A stretch of 64,000 bases of DNA. Source: Mitosporidium daphniae. Taxonomy: Eukaryota. Position 1 is the stretch's first letter. Every line of letters starts with the position of its first letter. The position numbers were made by a program, and so were the translations under genes. The notes under the pieces are model-generated. The model saw nothing but the letters and a program-made list of their open reading frames with translations, was not told the DNA's origin and made no database searches. This document shows positions 56,642-64,000 of this stretch, one piece after another. The stretch lies in assembly GCF_000760515.2 (NCBI RefSeq), contig NW_013546656.1, forward strand, positions 1 to 64,000, given 5' to 3'.

Positions 56642-57353
56642 ATGGGTGAGTCTTGCGCCCCTCTCAGCTCTTTCTTCTTTTTCATCCATCCATTTTCTTT
56701 TCTTTATTTCGCCACCATTCCGTATGTCTTGCTAATCTTTAGGAATCAGCCGTGACAGTCGACACAAGCGCTCGGCAACGGGAGCCAAACGCGCTTTTTA
56801 CTGCAAGAAGCGTAAACACGAACTTGGACGTCAAGCAGCCAACACCAAGCTTGGTCCTAAGCGTATTCATGAGCTCCGCGTCCGCGGTGGAAATCACAAG
56901 TTCCGCGCCATGCGCCTAGATTCTGGAAATTTCGCCTGGGGTTCTGAGGCAATTACCAGAAAAACCCGTATTTTGGATGTCGTCTACAATGCTTCCAATA
57001 ATGAGCTAGTGCGCACAAAGACGCTTGTCAAGGGTGCCATCGTTCAAATCGATGCAACTCCCTTCCGTCAATGGTGGGAAACCCATTATGGCGTCGCTAT
57101 TGGGAAAAAGAAGGCTGAAGAAATTGCAGACCCATCCGTTGCCCAAAAGGAGCCTTCTGAAGCCGTCAAAGCTAAACACGCTATGCGCGCGCAAGACGCA
57201 GCCGTTGATGTGCATGTGAAGGAGCAGTTCAACACCGGTCGTTTGTATGCTATTCTCAAGTCCCGTCCCGGACAAAGCGGACGCGCTGACGGATATATTC
57301 TTGAGGGCCGCGAACTCGACTTTTACCTCAAGAAGATCAAGCACAAGAAGTAA
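56642..57353 (+). CDS. RPS8: 40S ribosomal protein S8 (eS8), 2 exons
   Basis: ATG G, 97-nt intron 56646-56742, then [17 protein letters not shown]...[13 protein letters not shown]...[16 protein letters not shown]. Confidence 0.98.
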
Positions 57354-57786
57354 ATTAACGCGAGTTCAATAAAGCCTTTCCACATACATGTACAAAGCTC
57401 GCTTCAAACCAGATTGGAACCATTGTTCCCTATTCCAGGGCTTATTAGCCGCTAGAGTTACCGGGGGCCCAGGGTTGGGCCGTGGAAATGAATGTTCATG
57501 CACCGGCCGCTTCCTCTGCTAGTTTTCATTTCTTCGCTGTGATTGAGTGCAACTTTTGCATTGTTACTGCTGTGCCACATGCTTTTACATTGCATGTGGT
57601 GGCAGGTGCAGCTGCATGATGCATCGATTCGCATCATGCATGCGATTTTCAAAGATTTTCTTAATTCCCCGTGATCAACGGTAGATCAGATCATAGAACT
57701 ATTGATCTGCGATTCTGCAATGATTATTATGCGGTCTGTTTTTATTAAAGGGCTGGTCAGCATTTTTCCAAACCACCATTGCAAGT

Positions 57787-60762
57787 ATGGGACCTGTGTT
57801 GTGGCTCCTCTTTTTCTCCTTCATTCCGGGCCTTTTGTGCGAGGTCTCGACGATCCCAAATCTCAAGCTGTCCACGGAAAATGTTCTCTTTCCTCTGCCT
57901 TTCAAATGCTACCCTTACCCTGAGGACCCATCAAGCCTGACTGAGCCATACTATTCTCTTTGCCTAAAATTTTCACCCCTTGCGACGGGGTTTTTCCGAC
58001 CGACATATATTCCTGTTATCCCTAAGGGAACCCCCCCAAATTCTCCCCTTAATTGCTCCACTCAGTTTAACACCATTTTTCCTGAACTGAATTTTACGCT
58101 CTCTTTTGTTATTCCGCAATCTGTTTCGGCATTGACGCTTGCCGGTCTCTTTCCGATGACCGATATTAAGACGGGGGAACCCTTTGAGAATGGGATCCAG
58201 CTTGCTGAAGCCATGCGTTGCGCAGTTAAGAATATCAATTCCGATCAAGACATTCTCCCGCATACGCGTTTAAACTTCCAGGTATGGGACACGCATGGCA
58301 GAGCCTCATCGGCAATAAATTCTGCATATTTGGCCATGCAGGCAAATGTTACGGCCTTTGTTGGGCTCACCACCTATGAGGAAGTCTTCAGCGTTGCTCC
58401 CTTGATTAATCCCTCATTGCTCAGCATCACATCTGGAGTTGCCTCGTCAACATTCTTGGTTGACAAAGTCCTGTTCCCCACCTTTTACCGCACCGTTCCT
58501 GGAGACAAATTTGCTGCTCTATCGATGATCAATCTTTTCTATTCGCTTGGGTGGAATCAATTTGCCGTCGTCTACGGGAATGATTTTGTAGGGTCTTCCG
58601 GGCTTGATGCCATCAATTCTGCTCTGGAAGAAACTTCAAAGTATGGATATAATCCGTATCTTTTATGCGAAGCGACGCTATCGCCTACCGAAATTTCGAG
58701 TACTTCAGACGATGTGGAGGTCTTTATTGAGTGTATGAAGACAACCAAAGTGCGAGCCATTATTCTGTGTGCAAATCCCTTCGATGCGGCTTCTGTGATC
58801 ACAAAAATTGTAAATGCAGGTCCCAGTGTGTTCACTGATGAAACAATTTTCTTTGCTCCATTTTCATGGGGCGGATCTGAGACCTCAATAAAAACGCTGA
58901 GTGAGCTCTCCAATGGAACCATCACACCAGAAATTATGTATGGGTCCTATTCACTTGAACCTCGCGCCTTTTCCCAAGCCACTGTTAAAGAGTGTTTGGC
59001 AGAGCAGTCCCCCATGTCAAACTTTGATATCGGATTTTTGCGCTACTGGCAAAAGAACTTTCAATGCACCCTCAAGGGTTCCCCAATATTCAGCATTGAA
59101 AAATACTTTGATAGCCTCTCTGAATCTGATCTCACCTCATTGTACTCGATTTTTTCCTCAAAATCCGATATTTCTTTAAAATATTCTACCAATAGCTCGG
59201 CTATTAAAAACATATCCAGCTTGTTAGCAAACGTTTCTAATGATTTTGGGCCAAATTTAGCACCTTATACGTTCCTTTTAAACAAGATCTACATGTTTAC
59301 CTCTGTTGAAGACCCGAAAACAAAGAATCTGAGTGTCTGCCAAGATGTCGATAACAGGGATCCCATCAATGCCCTGTGTTCATGCCCAACCACAGACATC
59401 CTAGTCAGCAATAAGGAACTGAATCCATATGTGAACTACATATATGACGCCACATATGTAGTTGCACTTGCTTACAACCAGTTGATAGCTCCCTGTGGTA
59501 CCTCTTACCCGTGTGATCTTCCATATTTCACAAATTCAGAGCTTTTGGCTGCATTCAATGATACTTACTTTGAAGGGCTGACCGGCACCGTTTCATGGAT
59601 TGGGCATGAAAGAAACTCGTCCGACATTTCCTTCTACCAATTTTGCGAAAACGGCAACAAATATTTGGTTGGCCTATCAAATTTTTCTGGGGTTTATCTT
59701 TTCAAAGATGAATTGTGCTTTCGCACGCCATTTATCCCAATGTCCGTAGTTATCCCAGAAGTGGCCAACTTTTCAAGCACCATTGGTATCATAATGAGCC
59801 TTCTTTTCGTGGTATGGATCCTTATTTGTATCTTCTTAATCTTATTTTTCTATCTTAAAAAAGATACCGAGCCTGTTGTGTCTGCAGGGCTTGGCTTTCT
59901 TATGTTCCTTTTATTTGGCTCCATTTTAATTTCCCTGAGTGCAATCCTGTGGACACTGGATAGCACATCCTTCCTTTGCATTGTGAAAATCATTGTCCTG
60001 ATAGTCGGGTTTTCGATGATGTTTGGTGCCATTTCAGGAAAGCTCTTCCGCTCGTTTGAGGTCTATTGTTCGTTGAAGGAGTACAGACAGGGACTCGATC
60101 CTTGTGCTCTTCTTATCTTTTCAGGGATGACATTGGCGGTTAATATCTTTTTTTTGGCCATTATTTTCCTTGTCTCTGGAACGCCCGTTCCTTCGCTCAA
60201 TAGAGAATCGCCGTCAAGCTTATTTTTCTACATTGCGTGCCAATGCACACGCGATCCGAATTTGCAAAAGATAATTTCCATTGTTCAATTGGCAGTTAAC
60301 TTGACTTTCATCCTTGCTGCACTGATTATTTCGATCAGCATAACGTTGCAGCCTTCGCCGCATAGTGAAAATACCTCTATCGTTGCAGCTCTACTTGACT
60401 TGTTCATCGTTAGTTTGACGCTGGTCATCATATATTTCAACACTGAGACGATAACTGGCACCATTCAGTCGCAATATATTATCCGATCCGTTGGAACGAT
60501 ATACCTTCTCGTGTTTACACTGTCGATTCTCATCATACCAAAGCTGCTTGCCATTGCTAGAGGCAAACCAGCTGGAGACTCGGGTGAATATGGAGGACTT
60601 ACCCCATCAATCGGACCAGGAGAGACGGATAACCAGTTCTCGCTTGACTCTTCAACAATGCCAGATACCTTTTTAGCAAGTCTATCATCCTCCAATATAG
60701 TAAGGAACCGACGCAATCGGGATCGCGGCTCAAATGTCGAATTTATCACCCGCAATTGTTAG
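57787..60762 (+). CDS. Class C G-protein-coupled receptor-like protein (signal peptide, Venus-flytrap/ANF-receptor domain, 7TM)
   Basis: LAGLFP, GIQLAEAMRCAVKNINSDQDILPHTRL..WDT, DKVLFPTFYRTVPGD, LGWNQFAVVY, WQKNFQC, YDATY, FEGLTGTV; seven hydrophobic helices ending IIPKL. Confidence 0.88.
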   Translation: MGPVLWLLFFSFIPGLLCEVSTIPNLKLSTENVLFPLPFKCYPYPEDPSSLTEPYYSLCLKFSPLATGFFRPTYIPVIPKGTPPNSPLNCSTQFNTIFPELNFTLSFVIPQSVSALTLAGLFPMTDIKTGEPFENGIQLAEAMRCAVKNINSDQDILPHTRLNFQVWDTHGRASSAINSAYLAMQANVTAFVGLTTYEEVFSVAPLINPSLLSITSGVASSTFLVDKVLFPTFYRTVPGDKFAALSMINLFYSLGWNQFAVVYGNDFVGSSGLDAINSALEETSKYGYNPYLLCEATLSPTEISSTSDDVEVFIECMKTTKVRAIILCANPFDAASVITKIVNAGPSVFTDETIFFAPFSWGGSETSIKTLSELSNGTITPEIMYGSYSLEPRAFSQATVKECLAEQSPMSNFDIGFLRYWQKNFQCTLKGSPIFSIEKYFDSLSESDLTSLYSIFSSKSDISLKYSTNSSAIKNISSLLANVSNDFGPNLAPYTFLLNKIYMFTSVEDPKTKNLSVCQDVDNRDPINALCSCPTTDILVSNKELNPYVNYIYDATYVVALAYNQLIAPCGTSYPCDLPYFTNSELLAAFNDTYFEGLTGTVSWIGHERNSSDISFYQFCENGNKYLVGLSNFSGVYLFKDELCFRTPFIPMSVVIPEVANFSSTIGIIMSLLFVVWILICIFLILFFYLKKDTEPVVSAGLGFLMFLLFGSILISLSAILWTLDSTSFLCIVKIIVLIVGFSMMFGAISGKLFRSFEVYCSLKEYRQGLDPCALLIFSGMTLAVNIFFLAIIFLVSGTPVPSLNRESPSSLFFYIACQCTRDPNLQKIISIVQLAVNLTFILAALIISISITLQPSPHSENTSIVAALLDLFIVSLTLVIIYFNTETITGTIQSQYIIRSVGTIYLLVFTLSILIIPKLLAIARGKPAGDSGEYGGLTPSIGPGETDNQFSLDSSTMPDTFLASLSSSNIVRNRRNRDRGSNVEFITRNC

Positions 60763-60843
60763 GCAGCGACTCGGTGGTTTGATGACATAATTTACTCAAT
60801 CATCTTGCACACGTTGAATGTTGTACTATTGCGCGATATCTAT

Positions 60844-63816
60844 TTATTCTATCGAAGAGAGAAGGCCGACCAGGATGCCCGCAAACCGCTTCATGTTCGT
60901 CGCTGTTGACTTGTCTGAGTTGTGAGACACCTTGAGGGGTTACCAATGCCAAAGTATGACAAACCTTAAGGACGACAGATGAAATGGAAAGCATATTTTG
61001 GAGATTTTCTTTCGAACAAGCACCAAAGTTGAGTTTTGATAGGTGGCTCGAAAGAACCTTTGAAGAAAGGTTGCTTGTTGAATATTCCAACAGCTCCTCG
61101 CAAAGGGCAATTGCAAGCTCCACGTGTGCCTCTGATGATGGAGTGTCTTTTTTTCTTAGAAAAGAGAGAGAAGTCCATGCAATCGCTTGGTTCAGAATTG
61201 AAGAGAGACTGAGGTTCGCACATGAATCCTCAACTTCGCCAAGGCTTAGCTGGGATTCCAGCACCGGGGCCAGGATCCTGCATACAGGGATGATGGCCTA
61301 GTTTTGTATAAATTTACACAAATCTCCACCTTTGAAATAAGAACTTGGTTTTGAGGAGATGTGGAAGCAAAAGCCTGTATGAAAAACGTTAAAAATTGGA
61401 CAAGACGGGCATTAGATAGGTTTTTTGGGTGAAAATACAGCAGCATCAGTGCTTCTATGATCTATAAACAAAGGGTGGGTCATATCGAATCGCCAGTACC
61501 TCTAAATCAAATTTTGAAGGCTCCGCTTTTGGCGAAAGAGCGGCATTGTTTTCCATTTCTGACACCCTTTCTTGGATCAATTGGATGGAAAGGAGTTTAG
61601 AAAAGCCTTCGACTGCAACTTGTTGAATATCTAGCGAGCAGAGAATGTTCTTCAATGTCGTAAGTATTGCAATATTGGCCAGTGATTCCTCCTGGTGAAT
61701 GGATGCCCCATATAGGACCAAAATATCAAATAAGGCCTAATCGGGTTAAAAGGCCACTCCTCAGTACCTTTGCAGAAATTAAACGGGGCTGTTTATCAAT
61801 GGAAACTTGGAGAAATTCGACAAACAATGGGATATATTGAACTGCAATGGACTAACGCTGATTAAAAAACCACTAACCCTTTCAAAAGTGCAAAATAAGG
61901 AAAGGACCTCAAGACCGCTTGTTTGCAAGACCGACAACGTACTGTTGATGCTTGGAATTGCAATTTCGTTCAAAAGAGAAAAAAAGGAGCCCGATGGCGC
62001 CTAAAAAAGTTCAGCCAAATAAACACCTGCCTTGATGTTCAACAGCACTGCTTTGATTAACTGCAAGCACCGCAAATGTGCTAAAACAGTTATCTCATCC
62101 AATGAAGACGATGGATCCTTTTGAAACCTTCTCTCCACGAAGGGAGATTGGTCCTCTTTATTTGAGGAGGACAAGGAGGACAAGTCTTCAGCGGAAGCCT
62201 CAAAATCGATCGAAAAAATGCACTGAAGGTCTGCAATTGAGGAAAGAATACAATCGGAAATGTCGGCATCGCTATCCAAAAGCGATCGTTTTAAAAGAGC
62301 AATAGAGTCGCTCAACAGACTTTCCGGGATATTTGGTTTGATTATAAGGGATTCTATAGAAATTAGTCAACCGCGTTTGATGGTTACGGACAACAGAGAT
62401 CAGCCGCCTTCTGCCGACCTCATCTGTGTTCAACGGAAGAAATGCAATGATTTTCATGAGCTGTTTTATAATAAACACCGTTGAGCCGGAGATGCATTCT
62501 GCATGCTTATCCAATTGTAAAACAAGAGCCGATATGTCGGGAAGACATGTTGATATCTCAAACGACGCTTGTTGGGGGTCGGGAAAAGAGTTGAACATAT
62601 GAGTGAAATACACTTGTGCGACCAGGAAAGGCTCTGGTGTTTTTGCCTCAAAGTAAAGAATGCCAAATGTGCCAAGATTCACTTGTGTCTTGCAAAAAAA
62701 ATCCAAAAGCAATTTTTCTGAAAGCAAAGTGAATTCATCGGAAAATCGTTCAATAGCCCCATGCCCGCCTGCATCGGTGTCATTGAAAGAGTCGGTGACG
62801 TTCAAAAACAAAGACACCAAGTTGGACAACCCTGAAGACGAAGTGGATTTTAGCCAATGAGTGAAAATTAGCTTGAAAAATGATTGTGAAGCCAGCGAGT
62901 TTCTGAAAACGGAAATAAATGTGTGCAAGTAAAGTACCTTTCGGCAAGTCCGACTTTGACAAGGTACTGGCGATGTTGAATTGTCAAGTCGTTTGGGTCC
63001 AGCTCAAATAGCTTTGTCCCAAATACAAATTTCCGGATTGTTGGATCGGAATCTCGGCATCGTTCCAAAATAAACTCAATGGTCTCCATATTAATTTCAA
63101 TGGCCGACAAAATTTGCTTCCTCACTTCACTAGGATAAAGCACCAAAATGTGTACGTTGAAGGGTCGCTCTGTAGCATGGCAATCAAAGCCCTTTGGACG
63201 ACCTGAGAGAAGGAGATATCATCTTCATCGAAAACGATATTGTCACCACCACAAATAAACGGTGACAAACACACGACGGCACTGCATCTTACAGAAACCT
63301 CCTTATCAAAGAACCTTGCAAAAATTTTGTCCTTGTAGCTATTTATAAGTGGCTTTCCCCTAAAAATAAATTGAGACAAAAAGATGCCCACATAAGGTCC
63401 CCATTGCTTTTGACAAACTTTGCAAAAAAAGACAAAAGCGTTAGGATGCGGCATCGAATGTGCCGCTCTTTTGCCTCGACCCCTTGAAGAAGATATTTAA
63501 CCAAAAAAGAGGAAAATCGGGTGCATTCTTCGCCATCGTTGTTGGTTAGCAGGGTTTGAATTAGAAGCTGGAAAAAGACAATTGCGTTCTCCACCCAAAT
63601 GTGGCCATCTTTCTTTGAATATGGCGACGACAAGACTTGATTTAGATGGCGGATAAACGAAAATATCAACAAATCAAGTGATTCTTTGGCGGCAAATAGC
63701 AATTTTGAAAAGAGCTTTACGTTTTTTTTGTGCGTTACCGTCGACTCCTGGCAGTCATTCAAAATGGACCCGATTTCCTTAAAATAGTAATGCCCGGGTG
63801 TGTCGGTGGCCAACAT
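60844..63816 (-). CDS. YCG1: Condensin subunit CAP-G/Ycg1, multi-exon
   Basis: DCQESTVTHKK, YLLQGVEAKERHIRCR, RFFDKEVSVR, SDPS.EVRK, ERCRDSDPTIRK, AVEGFSKLL, YFHP...RLVQFLTFF. Confidence 0.88.
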
Positions 63817-63889
63817 GGCTGATTAAAATGTAAATTATATTGTGCCCGAATTTACCGACTAATTTTCAACTTTTAGTTCGTGTATCAAT

Positions 63890-64000
63890 ATGAACTCAAG
63901 CCCACCGTCGGCTCCATCCTTCCCTCCAACCGGCGAAGCAGCTCCTGCTCAGCAGCTCCTGCTCAGCAGCTCCAAAAGCAAAAGAACGATGAAGCCAAGC
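63890..64000 (+). CDS. Possible start of a CDS running off the window end
   Basis: ATG 73 nt from the divergent YCG1 start; frame open to the window end (MNSSPPSAPSF...). Confidence 0.4.
   Translation, partial: MNSSPPSAPSFPPTGEAAPAQQLLLSSSKSKRTMKPS
63937..63973 (+). repeat. 14-nt tandem repeat, about 2.6 copies
   Basis: agcagctcctgctc x2 plus agcagctcc. Confidence 0.85.

Noticed and set aside
294..63400. In-frame stops and frame changes as an alternative genetic code or pseudogenisation
   Set aside because: The cases examined resolve with GT-AG micro-introns that restore conserved motifs

Overview
This is gene-dense eukaryotic nuclear DNA. It holds about 38 protein-coding genes, many split by very short GT-AG introns (mostly 23-35 nt, with a second class of about 65-260 nt). 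Many intergenic gaps are only tens of nt. The window has chitin synthase, a chitin-deacetylase-like gene, and mitochondrial-type genes (Met-tRNA formyltransferase, beta-ketoacyl-ACP synthase, a PPR-like protein). Together with the compaction, these suggest an early-diverging fungal relative that still has a translating mitochondrion, such as a Rozellomycota / short-branch microsporidian (inference, not verified). Housekeeping genes include RPB2, RPL7, RPS8, YPT1, CSE1, RCL1, RAD26, UNG1, CDC73, ASH2, YCG1, profilin, muskelin and a Tra2-like protein. RNA genes are tRNA-Val(TAC) and a C/D-box snoRNA in an RPL7 intron. The most notable items are an intronless class C GPCR (mGluR-like Venus-flytrap domain joined to a 7TM, no cysteine-rich domain) and a probably inactive CE4 deacetylase head-to-head with chitin synthase. 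Also notable are the intronic snoRNA plus a second structured RPL7 intron, two orphan membrane proteins with similar architecture, and a possible decayed retroelement. All calls come from motif recognition by eye; no searches were run.
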